A stretch of 64,000 nucleotides of DNA from a virus. Below, piece by piece: positions 9,485 through 18,731 of the stretch. How positions within the stretch are numbered: position 1 is the first letter of the stretch; every line of letters begins with the position of its first letter. The stretch lies in IMG/VR virus record IMGVR_UViG_3300045972_000791, positions 3,154 through 67,153 of that record, one strand, 5' to 3'. Both the position numbers and the translations under genes were made by a program. The notes below the pieces were generated by a model. The model was not told the origin of the DNA, searched no databases, and worked only from the letters and a program-made list of their open reading frames with translations.

Positions 9485-10168
9485 ATGAGTCATTTTAAAA
9501 ATACATGTCCTAAATGTGGGAATACATCACAGTGTCGTTGTATGAAATGTGATAAAGTTCAAACTGAAGACCTATGTCTTAGCTGTGAGCAAGATGCAAT
9601 AGTGACTGAAGGTATATTGAATCGAACCTGGATTAGTGTAAAAGAATATTTTGATATGGAGTATTCCTTAGAACGTACAAAGACCATGATCGATGATTAC
9701 TTAGCTGATGGAAGAATTGATGAATTAAAAAACTTTCTTGTAGTATTGAGACTTAATGCAGATAAAGATAATCATAAAGGTTTCTTTAAAAAATTAGGAC
9801 AAATGTTGTTATTTAGCTCACACTATAGACTGAATTATCTTCAATATAAAAGAGAAATATTACCTCTTATATTTTGGGCTGCAAATGAAATATCTAAAGC
9901 TGAAGGAAGAAAATTTGACTTTGAATTCTATTATGCTAGTACTACAGGGCAGCTCAACTCTAGAATGAATGATGTTGAACAGTATAATAAGTTCTATGAT
10001 ATGAATCGTGGAGTCAATCCTAACCTTCAAACATTACAAGTACTCAACTCTATGAATCCAAAAGATAGTGTGGGTTCAGTTGCTAAATTTTCTAATTTAC
10101 ATGCTGTTAGTAATCAGTACTATAATAATCCCGGATTAGCCGCAACTCTTCCATCTAATTTCAAATAA
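9485..10168 (+). CDS. Hypothetical protein with Cys-rich N-terminus, possible head protein
   Basis: CxxC repeats then IVTE-G candidate protease site; GGAGG Shine-Dalgarno. Confidence 0.6.
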   Translation: MSHFKNTCPKCGNTSQCRCMKCDKVQTEDLCLSCEQDAIVTEGILNRTWISVKEYFDMEYSLERTKTMIDDYLADGRIDELKNFLVVLRLNADKDNHKGFFKKLGQMLLFSSHYRLNYLQYKREILPLIFWAANEISKAEGRKFDFEFYYASTTGQLNSRMNDVEQYNKFYDMNRGVNPNLQTLQVLNSMNPKDSVGSVAKFSNLHAVSNQYYNNPGLAATLPSNFK

Positions 10169-10170
10169 AA

Positions 10171-10207
10171 AATAAGCGCATACACCTTTTGGGTGTATGC
10201 GCTTATT
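10171..10207. terminator. Palindrome/bidirectional terminator
   Basis: 16-bp stem AATAAGCGCATACACC between convergent genes. Confidence 0.75.
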
Positions 10208-10210
10208 ATT

Positions 10211-10624
10211 CTAATGTGTTACATCAATGTTTTTATATAACTTTAATAATTCCATTAAATTAGTAACAGTAGCACCTGCAACTGAATTATTAATATGATA
10301 AACATAATAAGTATCAGCTGCGTCTTTATATTCAAATTCAGTAGGGAGTTTACTCTTCCAATTCTCAATTTGAGATAAACCACAATCTAATGATATAAGT
10401 GCTACAGTATAATCTTTACTACGATCAGATATTGAATATACACCATCGATACAGTTAAGTATCCATTTTAAAGTTATCAAGTTATTTTCTAATTCAATAG
10501 CATCAAACTCTTGAACTATCTCTTGGAAGGTGGGGCTATCATCAGCATCACTACCGAGAAGATCATCAGTAAAACTAATTAAGTTAGCTAATAATTCTTT
10601 ATACCTATTATTCACTAGTTTCAT
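10211..10624 (-). CDS. Hypothetical protein
   Basis: 137-aa ORF, end of operon before palindrome. Confidence 0.65.
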   Translation of the reverse strand: MKLVNNRYKELLANLISFTDDLLGSDADDSPTFQEIVQEFDAIELENNLITLKWILNCIDGVYSISDRSKDYTVALISLDCGLSQIENWKSKLPTEFEYKDAADTYYVYHINNSVAGATVTNLMELLKLYKNIDVTH

Positions 10625-11471
10625 TCAATACTCCTCTCAATTTATGCATGTTAACCTCAATCATATGTGAATTAGGCATATCATCTATAACAGTATTACA
10701 TAGACTACACTCATCAATATTAATTGGATGAATATACGATACACTATGCATATCATGACAGTTACAATCCCAATATCCATTATGAAAACGAGTAGGATGA
10801 GTTTCATTTTTACCTACGTTTAGTACTGTTTCTAAATCAAATGAATATTGAGTTATGAATCTAACAGCACTTATAGCATCAGGTACTTCCTGATCATTGA
10901 AGTATTCGACAAACTGCTTACTGAGCTTTTCAAGCTCTGTGAGTTTATCAAACTCACCCCAACCTGGAACTAATCTATCCCATTCTGAATTAATGGCTTT
11001 AGAATTAACCATACTACTCTCTATATCATAGGTGTATCCTACCATATATTTAATAATATCATCTACTTGACGATATCCATCTTTTACTTCAGGACATCTA
11101 TAACGTGACTTACCTGCAACAGCACTCACACGCCACACGAGACCAGATAGATTTGCACCCATAAGAGCACTTCCACCACAATCCTGACCATATCCTTTCC
11201 GCATTTCAGAACTTGCCCAGAAGTATCCATGTTCTCCCATATGGGAACCGTTACTAAGAGTAGTACGCACCTCACCGATAGCAATTCCTACTCCTACAAA
11301 ATTACCACCATAATTAGCTACTCTTATTTGGAATACCTTACCTGGAATTTCATGGAATGTGGTACTACCGGTATATGCTTCTTGTTCATTGTGATAATGA
11401 GATGTAACTTTAAGACCATACTTATCAATAAGTATAAGCATTTCTGTTCTAGCTATATCATGTGCCTGCAT
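10608..11471 (-). CDS. Hypothetical protein with C-terminal YWDCNC...CxxC domain
   Basis: 287-aa ORF with Shine-Dalgarno. Confidence 0.7.
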   Translation of the reverse strand: MQAHDIARTEMLILIDKYGLKVTSHYHNEQEAYTGSTTFHEIPGKVFQIRVANYGGNFVGVGIAIGEVRTTLSNGSHMGEHGYFWASSEMRKGYGQDCGGSALMGANLSGLVWRVSAVAGKSRYRCPEVKDGYRQVDDIIKYMVGYTYDIESSMVNSKAINSEWDRLVPGWGEFDKLTELEKLSKQFVEYFNDQEVPDAISAVRFITQYSFDLETVLNVGKNETHPTRFHNGYWDCNCHDMHSVSYIHPINIDECSLCNTVIDDMPNSHMIEVNMHKLRGVLNETSE

Positions 11472-13260
11472 TAAATATCTCCTTTTTCATATTAGTTATT
11501 CTTTCATAAAGTACTCCTAATTTGAAATTAGGGTCTTTATCAGAGTCTATAAGACTCAATAAACCATCAAGCTCTTTATGTTTTATATTACCGCTAAATT
11601 CTTCAGGATTTTTAACTAATAGTGGTGTAGGAATTTGTAGCAAAGGAGATGCAGCGGTCTTTTCATCTTTAATAGGTAATATACCTACTGAATTAGCGAC
11701 AGCTATGTCTACTAACTCATAGAAGAAAGTTGATTTACCTCTGAATGGTATATGGTTTAGATCTCTCCATATCCTCCAATACTTGCACTCTGTAGTAGTT
11801 TCCTGTCCAAATTTACTGTAATTAACAAAATGTCCTTTATTTTTCTTAACTGCAATAATAGTTCCTGTATTGAATATCTCATTAAAGGAATCTGTTGGAC
11901 ATTTAACTAACACAACATACTGCTCTCCCAATGGACCAATTATCTTCAATGGTATCTTTCCACCATTAAATGTAATCTCTGGCTCTTTCATAGATGTGAG
12001 ATGCCAATGTCCACAATATCCGCACTTATAAGTACGAAGTACTCTATCGGGAAATGTTGCCGCTTTAGCTAAAGCTAGTTCATTACTAGGATACTGAGAT
12101 TTCTTTTTACATGAAAAATACTCTTCCTTTGATTCTTCATCAAAAGGCATCATAGGAAGAAGTTCAATATCATCTTCACTACAAGGATTAACTGTTTCCT
12201 TTATATTTTCATCTATTGTAACTGGATTATAGTCTTCTTCTATAGTAGTGAATATTTTTTCTATCGGAGGACTACTTATTGCCTTCTTTTTACTTATACT
12301 ATGATTATCAGTGGATGTAGTTTTCTTTTCTTTTGGTTTAGGCTTATCTCGAATCACTTTAATCTTAGGTATCTTTTCTTCAATAGCTTCTTCTTCTGGT
12401 TTTTGAAGAATAGTCTTTGATATGTGATTGTCACTAATCTCAAATTTATAATCATTCATATCAAGTATAGGATCATTATCTGACAATACTATTTCATCAA
12501 CTTTTACCTCTGCATTGTGAATTGAGATAAATCCTTTAAATTTCTTTCTCTTAAATGTAGTTGAGTGAAGATAGCTATCAAATTTAGCAACATCACATAC
12601 ATTTGAATTAAGTATCACTTGACTTACAATAATATCAAATAGACAATTATTTAAATGCAACTTAGACTTAGAGAATTTAACTCCAAAGGTTTCTCTGGCG
12701 ATATTCTCGTCACACGTAGCTACATACTTAAGTCTCCTAAGATTCAGTTCTTTATCATCAAACAACAGTATAACTGGAAGATACGAATGTAAACTTGACA
12801 TCTTATTATAAATAACCATTATATAAGATAGTGCATGACATCCAGTTATATCCGTTCCATCGGTATATACCTTTTCTTCAGGAAAGTAATTAAATGCATT
12901 ATCATATTGATGAATGAATTGTCTACTAAAATCAACTCCGGCTTCACCAAGATAATTGACAATACATCCATGTTCGTAATCTAGAGTTGTATCAGGTATA
13001 ATCCGTCTATTAAGGTGCCTGTTACCATCTTTAGTCACTGCCTCTTTCGCTTCAGTCAAGTCAAACTTAGAGATATACTCTAATAGGACTGGCATGTCAT
13101 ATGAATTTGGTTTTAAACTTACATCTAACTCAAGCAAAGATTCCAAACTAACGTCATCTAAATCACTCAGCTTATCGAAAATCTCCTGAGTGTCTATAAC
13201 TGATATATTTGGGAACCATACTGGTAGATGTGAATACTGTTTAATAATTCGTAGATACAT
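11458..13260 (-). CDS. Large hypothetical protein with internal Zn motif (YKCGYCGHWHLTS)
   Basis: 600-aa ORF. Confidence 0.7.
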   Translation of the reverse strand: MYLRIIKQYSHLPVWFPNISVIDTQEIFDKLSDLDDVSLESLLELDVSLKPNSYDMPVLLEYISKFDLTEAKEAVTKDGNRHLNRRIIPDTTLDYEHGCIVNYLGEAGVDFSRQFIHQYDNAFNYFPEEKVYTDGTDITGCHALSYIMVIYNKMSSLHSYLPVILLFDDKELNLRRLKYVATCDENIARETFGVKFSKSKLHLNNCLFDIIVSQVILNSNVCDVAKFDSYLHSTTFKRKKFKGFISIHNAEVKVDEIVLSDNDPILDMNDYKFEISDNHISKTILQKPEEEAIEEKIPKIKVIRDKPKPKEKKTTSTDNHSISKKKAISSPPIEKIFTTIEEDYNPVTIDENIKETVNPCSEDDIELLPMMPFDEESKEEYFSCKKKSQYPSNELALAKAATFPDRVLRTYKCGYCGHWHLTSMKEPEITFNGGKIPLKIIGPLGEQYVVLVKCPTDSFNEIFNTGTIIAVKKNKGHFVNYSKFGQETTTECKYWRIWRDLNHIPFRGKSTFFYELVDIAVANSVGILPIKDEKTAASPLLQIPTPLLVKNPEEFSGNIKHKELDGLLSLIDSDKDPNFKLGVLYERITNMKKEIFNAGT

Positions 13261-13274
13261 CTTAGATTCCTTTC

Positions 13275-13304
13275 AATGCCCCATACTCGAAAGTATGGGG
13301 CATT
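13275..13304. terminator. Palindrome/terminator
   Basis: AATGCCCCATACT-CGAA-AGTATGGGGCATT. Confidence 0.65.
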
Positions 13305-13310
13305 ATATTT

Positions 13311-13532
13311 TTAAAAACAACGTTGGATTTCATCCGTAAATACAACTAACATCTCAGTATGACCGAAAGATTTTTTAAATTTAACAGCTATATTTTCAGT
13401 ACCATCTGATAATGGAATCGTTGACATAACTTCACCTTTAAAATTATGACATTTCATTAAACCAAGCATTTCATCTGTAAATCTAACCTTATCACCAGTT
13501 CTAAAACTAGCTGATTTCTGTGCAGTTGTCAT
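13311..13532 (-). CDS. Small hypothetical protein (SH3/KOW-like)
   Basis: FRTGDKVRF...GEV pattern. Confidence 0.55.
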   Translation of the reverse strand: MTTAQKSASFRTGDKVRFTDEMLGLMKCHNFKGEVMSTIPLSDGTENIAVKFKKSFGHTEMLVVFTDEIQRCF

Positions 13533-14970
13533 CTTTGAAAAATCCTTTCTCCTTGAATTCTATGAAGGGTGTAAAAGTTCCAGTCAATCCTGGATCGCCC
13601 GCTGATGCTGATGCAAGACCCATTTTTCCTATATACGATGGATGAACACCGCGGTATTTAGGGGAAATATCATTCTTAGAACCATCAGCCAATGACTGTG
13701 GACCACGGAATGAATATTTAAGAGCGCAACCAAACAAGTCTAAGTCGTTCACAAGGTTACTATATCTAAGAAGTTTATTACCTTGTAATTTCTTTATTAC
13801 AAATCCAGGTTTTATATTCTTAAATATAGATTTCATATGTTTGAGAGTTACCGTTTTGTTATTCAATAGACGATAAGTGTTTTCAGAGAATCTCATAAGA
13901 ATGGGGTGAATAAGATACTCATTCATTCTCATTCTCTTATTACATAGATCCATACTGTCTGACTTAGATAAAGTATCATAGTTCATTTGCATAAAACGCA
14001 TAATTGCAAATACATCAGCTTTATCTTCATCTGGAATGTCAATAAGATTCTTACGAGTACAGTCGTCTAATACACGTTCTAAGGATATCATAACTCTTTG
14101 TGCTTTATCAAATTGAGAGTTAGTATTCTTAGTAAAGTATCTACCAAGCTTCTTCAACCAGAACTCAGTTGATTCAACTTGTTCCCTTATAAGTCCTTTG
14201 TTAGTACTAATAATTTCATAAAGTGATACTATAAAAGATGCACTAAATGAATTGTCAGGTATATCATTCAGACATACGATCCTAACATTCTTACCTGCTT
14301 TAAATGTGGTGTATCTCGATTCATCTACATCTACATCGCCATCATCTGGAAGGAGTACATCCACATAAGCATCCATTTTGAAGTATTCTATTGTTTTACT
14401 TAATCCAAACTTACTTAGATAATAGTGAAGAACATTCCTTCTGTTCTTAAAGATATCTAATGTCATGAGTCTTCCAGATATTTCTTCTCCAGTTACTGAT
14501 TCTATTGATATAATCTTGTCAGTACGAAATACTATAGGCATCAATAGTGTCTTTAGAGAGAATGTCTTACTTGTTACATATGTTGCTTTATCTATTACCT
14601 GCCAAATAGAGAAGTATTTACTACCATCAATAAGATAGTAAAAGTTATCAACTAGAGCAGGGAATAGCAACTTTAACTCTACATCTTCTGTCTCATCAAG
14701 CTTAGTTAGTTTGAATTTCATTTTGATTAATTGATGACGACTTTCTTCAATCTTATACCTAAAATTGAACTCGTTCGCAATTTCTGTCTCATCAGTTATC
14801 AATTCACAGCCAGTAAACTTAATACCTTCGATTACTTCCAATGCTTTGCTAACATCCTCTAAATATGATAGGATGTTATCCTTCTTACGATAATTCATAA
14901 TAAAATCATGGTTGAACTGCTCAGGGTTCTGACTTTGGTAGTGGTTATACATCTCCTTTAAAACCGTCAC
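13507..14970 (-). CDS. Phage multisubunit RNA polymerase, beta subunit N-terminal fragment
   Basis: FPALVDNFYYLIDGSKY (beta P.m...g.FiiNG), DLCNKRMR (L.NKRiR), SFRGPQSL...YRGVHPSYIGK...GDPGLTG (R.vHpshyGr...G.niGL rifampicin/fork region). Confidence 0.85.
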   Translation of the reverse strand: MTVLKEMYNHYQSQNPEQFNHDFIMNYRKKDNILSYLEDVSKALEVIEGIKFTGCELITDETEIANEFNFRYKIEESRHQLIKMKFKLTKLDETEDVELKLLFPALVDNFYYLIDGSKYFSIWQVIDKATYVTSKTFSLKTLLMPIVFRTDKIISIESVTGEEISGRLMTLDIFKNRRNVLHYYLSKFGLSKTIEYFKMDAYVDVLLPDDGDVDVDESRYTTFKAGKNVRIVCLNDIPDNSFSASFIVSLYEIISTNKGLIREQVESTEFWLKKLGRYFTKNTNSQFDKAQRVMISLERVLDDCTRKNLIDIPDEDKADVFAIMRFMQMNYDTLSKSDSMDLCNKRMRMNEYLIHPILMRFSENTYRLLNNKTVTLKHMKSIFKNIKPGFVIKKLQGNKLLRYSNLVNDLDLFGCALKYSFRGPQSLADGSKNDISPKYRGVHPSYIGKMGLASASAGDPGLTGTFTPFIEFKEKGFFKDDNCTEIS

Positions 14971-15113
14971 ATGAAACCTCCTTATATCGTAATATAAATT
15001 TTTGTTGTCAAATCTTTTCTTTTTAAAGTTTCTCTCCTTTTAGTAAGATATGATACAAGGTAATAATATTCACTTATTTTAACTTTTAAACTGAACTATC
15101 AGTACTTTTTCAT

Positions 15114-15125
15114 AACATACCGTTG
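15114..15125 (+). promoter_or_regulatory. Late-type promoter
   Basis: AACA TACCGT TG upstream of HU. Confidence 0.6.
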
Positions 15126-15178
15126 TAGCCGATATATTTCGGCATAACTATTAAAGAGAGAGAAAGGGGAAACAAACC

Positions 15179-15544
15179 ATGGCAATCGCTAAAAAACCAG
15201 CAGCAAAGGCAGCACCTGTAAAGGAAGTTAAAAAAGCAGCTCCAGCTAAGACTAAGAATGAGTCTTCTAGTACTGGTGATCTTGAGAACAAAGTGTATGA
15301 AGCTCTTGAACTTCCTACCAAAAAAGAAGCTAAGCTTGTAGTTAAAGCAGTTGTAACTGCTATCTGTGAGTTGGTTAAAGAAACTGGCCGTCTTCAGATT
15401 GCTGACTTTGGTATCCTTGGCGTTAAAACCATTGGTGCTCGTACTGGTCGTAATCCTAAGACTGGTGAAGCTATGAAATTGAAAGCTACTAAGACTGTAT
15501 CTTTCAAGACTTCTAAAGCCTTCAAAGATTACGTACGTTCGTAA
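15179..15544 (+). CDS. HU/IHF-family DNA-binding protein with Lys/Ala/Pro-rich N-terminal tail
   Basis: LQIADFG.L.V....ARTGRNPKTGE.MK..A.K.VSFK.SK.FKD.V. Confidence 0.93.
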   Translation: MAIAKKPAAKAAPVKEVKKAAPAKTKNESSSTGDLENKVYEALELPTKKEAKLVVKAVVTAICELVKETGRLQIADFGILGVKTIGARTGRNPKTGEAMKLKATKTVSFKTSKAFKDYVRS

Positions 15545-15552
15545 TAATAAAA

Positions 15553-15587
15553 ATTGTTGAGTAAGCCCATTGGGTTTACTCAACAAT
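15553..15587. terminator. Palindrome after HU
   Basis: ATTGTTGAGTAAGCCC-ATT-GGGTTTACTCAACAAT. Confidence 0.6.
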
Positions 15588-15594
15588 ATTATTA
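15582..15594 (+). promoter_or_regulatory. Late-type promoter (N7 variant)
   Basis: AACA ATATTAT TA, embedded in the 3' arm of a hairpin. Confidence 0.55.
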
Positions 15595-15606
15595 GGAGGA
15601 ATAGAT

Positions 15607-16305
15607 ATGCTTGATACAACAATTTATAAACCCATGTTTTTAACGGAAGCTCCTGTAAAGGGAGCACAGAAACTTGTACTACATGTAACACCTGCAAATG
15701 ATGATGAAGAAGACGATAAACCAGATGATAAAAAGGATGATGCCAAAGCGTCAGTTGATACCAAAGATGATGATACAGCAGATAATAAAACTGCAAATAA
15801 AGCAGATGATAATAGCGAAGATGGATCTGATGAAGGTGACGATACTGATAGTGAAGATGACTCAATGGATGATGATTCTGAGTTAGATGATGACTCAATG
15901 GATGATGACAGTGGAGATAGTACTAGTGATGAAGAAATTCCAGATGAGGAATTCACATCACCAGACAGTCAAGAGAGTGAAAAAAAGTATCTCCTATTTA
16001 ACTCATTTAAAGAGTTATCAGATCAGGTTAAAAATATATCTGAACTAATAGTTTACACTATACCCAATGTTAATATACCTGAAATAAAAGATTCTTTAGA
16101 GGCTATAAATTCTGAAGTAAATGATATTTTAGACAAAATCAATTTGGTGGTAGCAGGTGACTTTGATAAAAAAGACTATAGAAACCTATTAGTTACATAT
16201 ACATATTTGAGCGGTTCCATGAATCAGATCAACAAATTTATTTCAACACTTTTATCTAGTTCTAAACTAAAATCTGAAAAACCAGCAGATAATAGTGAGA
16301 ATTAG
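15607..16305 (+). CDS. Acidic prohead core/scaffold-like protein
   Basis: Directly upstream of the capsid gene; MFLTE-A cleavage-like motif; Asp-rich linker. Confidence 0.55.
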   Translation: MLDTTIYKPMFLTEAPVKGAQKLVLHVTPANDDEEDDKPDDKKDDAKASVDTKDDDTADNKTANKADDNSEDGSDEGDDTDSEDDSMDDDSELDDDSMDDDSGDSTSDEEIPDEEFTSPDSQESEKKYLLFNSFKELSDQVKNISELIVYTIPNVNIPEIKDSLEAINSEVNDILDKINLVVAGDFDKKDYRNLLVTYTYLSGSMNQINKFISTLLSSSKLKSEKPADNSEN

Positions 16306-16317
16306 ATTTTATTATGA

Positions 16318-16330
16318 AACAAAATTATTA
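16318..16330 (+). promoter_or_regulatory. Late-type promoter (N7 variant) for the capsid gene
   Basis: AACA AAATTAT TA. Confidence 0.6.
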
Positions 16331-16470
16331 GAATTCTACGGGCAGGTATTTGTGAAGATGTACCTTATATATACATTGGGTTTGGGCGAACCCTATGTAT
16401 CCTTTTTAAGTCATTGGATTTGTCAAGGCTATATAAGGGTTCTATCACGTACCACATTTTAGAATGGAGA
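16331..16470 (+). ncRNA. Structured 5' leader of the major capsid mRNA
   Basis: Stems CCTTATATA/TATATAAGG and ATACAT.GGGTT/AACCC.ATGTAT between the promoter at 16318 and ATG 16477. Confidence 0.5.
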
Positions 16471-16476
16471 TAAAAT

Positions 16477-18129
16477 ATGTCTATTAGTTACCGTGTACAA
16501 CATACCTCGAAACAGAAAGATGGGTTTTCGCAGGTAATGAATGAGGCCGCAGAAGTTTTTGCTGGTGAGCGTATTAATATGCTTGGTGGCGGAATTGCTG
16601 AGATTCTTGCAGAAGACGTTCTCTTCAATACTTATAAGGACGAACTCCTTAAAGGTATGGATGCTGACTCTTCTCTAGTTCTTGAGCAGTTGATTGATAA
16701 CACTCGTACTCACTGTCTTTCTGAAAGTGCATTGTCTGGTATCCAGCCTATTACGGCTCTTACTATGCCTACACTTCGTAAGTCGTGGCCACGTATTGGT
16801 GTAACTGAAGCTATTCCTACTGAAGCTGTTAAGCTTCCTAAGTTCAGCATCAGCTACTTGACTCCTTACCTCATGGACTCTAAAGGCGTTAAACAGCCAC
16901 TTCCACAGGCTCTTCGTGATCCTGCTTTGGTTGGTGGTCTTGTTAACCGTAAAGAGTTGAAAGGTACGATCGTTGCTGTTCCTGCAACTGCTCCTGTAGT
17001 TCCTGCAGAGCAGGACGGATTCAAAGGCTTTAACGTTGCTAAAGCCGATGTTCTTATTGGCGATTTCGCTATTAAGAATGAATCCCTTGACCGTGACTTC
17101 TATATCACTCATGTTAAACTTGCTGGTGTAACTTATACTCCTGCTCAGTTAGCTGAAGGTGGTACAAAGGTTTCCTTGAGAATGGAAACTACTAACGCAC
17201 AGATTTATGGCGAAGTTAAAGACGGAAGCGTTACTGATGTTCTTTTTGGTAAAGTTGACGTTACTAGCGGTCTTGTAACTCTTGCTTGTGTTGGTGGAAA
17301 GATTGAAGAAGTAACTTACCTCGGATACATTTCTTCTGAAATGAATACCCGTACTGAGCAAGTTGGATTTGATATCAACCTCAAGAACATCGATATTCCT
17401 ACTGGCGCACATATCACTGCTCCACTCCCAATCGAGTGGCTTCAGGATACTATGGCTATGTATCAGATCGATGGCGCTATGAAGGTTATTGATATTATGT
17501 CTGATACGCTTGCACAGAAAATTGATATGGAAGGTATTGCTTTCCTTCAATCTTCTTACGTAGAGAGCACAAATGCTGGTGTTAATTACAGCTATGAGTT
17601 CGATGTTAAGCCACCTGCTGGTTTTGCTGGTTCTCCTAAAGAATGGCGTGACGAGTTCAGAACTACTCTGGACTTTGCTGCTATTACTATGAAGAACGAT
17701 ACCTCCATGAATCAGGGTAAATTCTCTATTCTTGGTAATGATATCGACACACAGATCATCCCTAACGTTGAGTGGATCTTCAATAACAACGTTGATGAGC
17801 GTGGTGGCGTTGATGTTAACTACAGCATTGGTGCATACAGCGGTTCTAACCGTTACACAATGGTTTCTACCCCTAACGTTCCTGCTAACGCAATGTACTT
17901 GATGTACATTCCTACTAATCAGGATCAGATGACCTTTAAATACTACCCATATGCATTCGCTGTAGAGCGTGCAAATGGTTATGTTGACCCTAAGAACCCT
18001 AACGTTCCTTCCGTCATCATGACACGTAGGCAGGTATTTGAGAAGTTCACTAACCTCATCGCTAAGATTGAGATTAAGAACAACAGCAAGCCTATGTTTG
18101 CTCAGGGTAACCGTGTACCTGCAGCCTAA
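16477..18129 (+). CDS. Major capsid protein precursor
   Basis: 550 aa, strong high-expression codon bias, propeptide ending near CLSE-S, located between scaffold-like and terminase genes. Confidence 0.8.
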   Translation: MSISYRVQHTSKQKDGFSQVMNEAAEVFAGERINMLGGGIAEILAEDVLFNTYKDELLKGMDADSSLVLEQLIDNTRTHCLSESALSGIQPITALTMPTLRKSWPRIGVTEAIPTEAVKLPKFSISYLTPYLMDSKGVKQPLPQALRDPALVGGLVNRKELKGTIVAVPATAPVVPAEQDGFKGFNVAKADVLIGDFAIKNESLDRDFYITHVKLAGVTYTPAQLAEGGTKVSLRMETTNAQIYGEVKDGSVTDVLFGKVDVTSGLVTLACVGGKIEEVTYLGYISSEMNTRTEQVGFDINLKNIDIPTGAHITAPLPIEWLQDTMAMYQIDGAMKVIDIMSDTLAQKIDMEGIAFLQSSYVESTNAGVNYSYEFDVKPPAGFAGSPKEWRDEFRTTLDFAAITMKNDTSMNQGKFSILGNDIDTQIIPNVEWIFNNNVDERGGVDVNYSIGAYSGSNRYTMVSTPNVPANAMYLMYIPTNQDQMTFKYYPYAFAVERANGYVDPKNPNVPSVIMTRRQVFEKFTNLIAKIEIKNNSKPMFAQGNRVPAA

Positions 18130-18158
18130 TTAAGTAAGAAGACACCGCTAAATTAAAC

Positions 18159-18196
18159 TACACTCCCTATTCCACTTAAAGGGAATAGGGAGTGTA
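18159..18196. terminator. Palindrome after the capsid gene
   Basis: TACACTCCCTATTCC...GGAATAGGGAGTGTA. Confidence 0.65.
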
Positions 18197-18214
18197 TTTA
18201 GAAAGGGAAATATT

Positions 18215-18577
18215 ATGAGTCTAGATATGTTGCTAGCAGAAGATGATGTCTTCGAAAGTGAAGAATCTATTGACTGTGTAAGTGAAGAAGAATCTGAAGA
18301 TTTTCAGCAGTTTGATAATCTTGACGATCTTGATGAAGAAAGTGATATTGATGATCTTCGTAAAGATGTTAAAGATAATTCAGTTGTTGAAGACGTAGAA
18401 GTAGAAACTACAGATAACTCAGTTGCTGAAGATTCAGATTTTGAGTGTGACGAATATTCACTATCCAGTCTAGAAGAATCTGTGTATTTTAGCGAAGCTA
18501 AAAAACCTAGTGATTCAGAGGACGATGAAGAAAGTGAAGACGATGAAAGTATTGACGATGATGAAGATTGTGATTAA
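18215..18577 (+). CDS. Highly acidic small protein (head core-like)
   Basis: Very D/E-rich; LLAE and LEE motifs. Confidence 0.55.
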   Translation: MSLDMLLAEDDVFESEESIDCVSEEESEDFQQFDNLDDLDEESDIDDLRKDVKDNSVVEDVEVETTDNSVAEDSDFECDEYSLSSLEESVYFSEAKKPSDSEDDEESEDDESIDDDEDCD

Positions 18578-18621
18578 TCGTTAACATTTTATTGTCCATT
18601 GTCTTCTCCTTTTTGTAAAGA

Positions 18622-18659
18622 ATAATTCCCTATACCTTCCCCAAGGTATAGGGAATTAT
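18622..18659. terminator. Palindrome/terminator
   Basis: ATAATTCCCTATACCTT-CCCC-AAGGTATAGGGAATTAT. Confidence 0.65.
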
Positions 18660-18694
18660 ATAATATTCTCCGCACATAAATAAAAATATATTAG

Positions 18695-18706
18695 AACATA
18701 CTATCA
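18695..18706 (+). promoter_or_regulatory. Late-type promoter
   Basis: AACA TACTAT CA upstream of HNH-terminase. Confidence 0.6.
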
Positions 18707-18731
18707 TATAATATATTTTTGGAGAGAGCCT

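Noticed and set aside
11458-13260. Chimallin (nuclear shell) candidate based on size
   Set aside because: Nothing beyond length supports it; no PhuZ tubulin in the window either.
15855-15910. Repeat GATGACTCAATGGATGATGA
   Set aside because: Low-complexity coding duplication (DDSMDDD) within an acidic linker.
15110-15956. Long minus-strand ORFs (262 aa and 110 aa)
   Set aside because: Antisense shadows of HU and the acidic protein; composition is explained by the sense codons.
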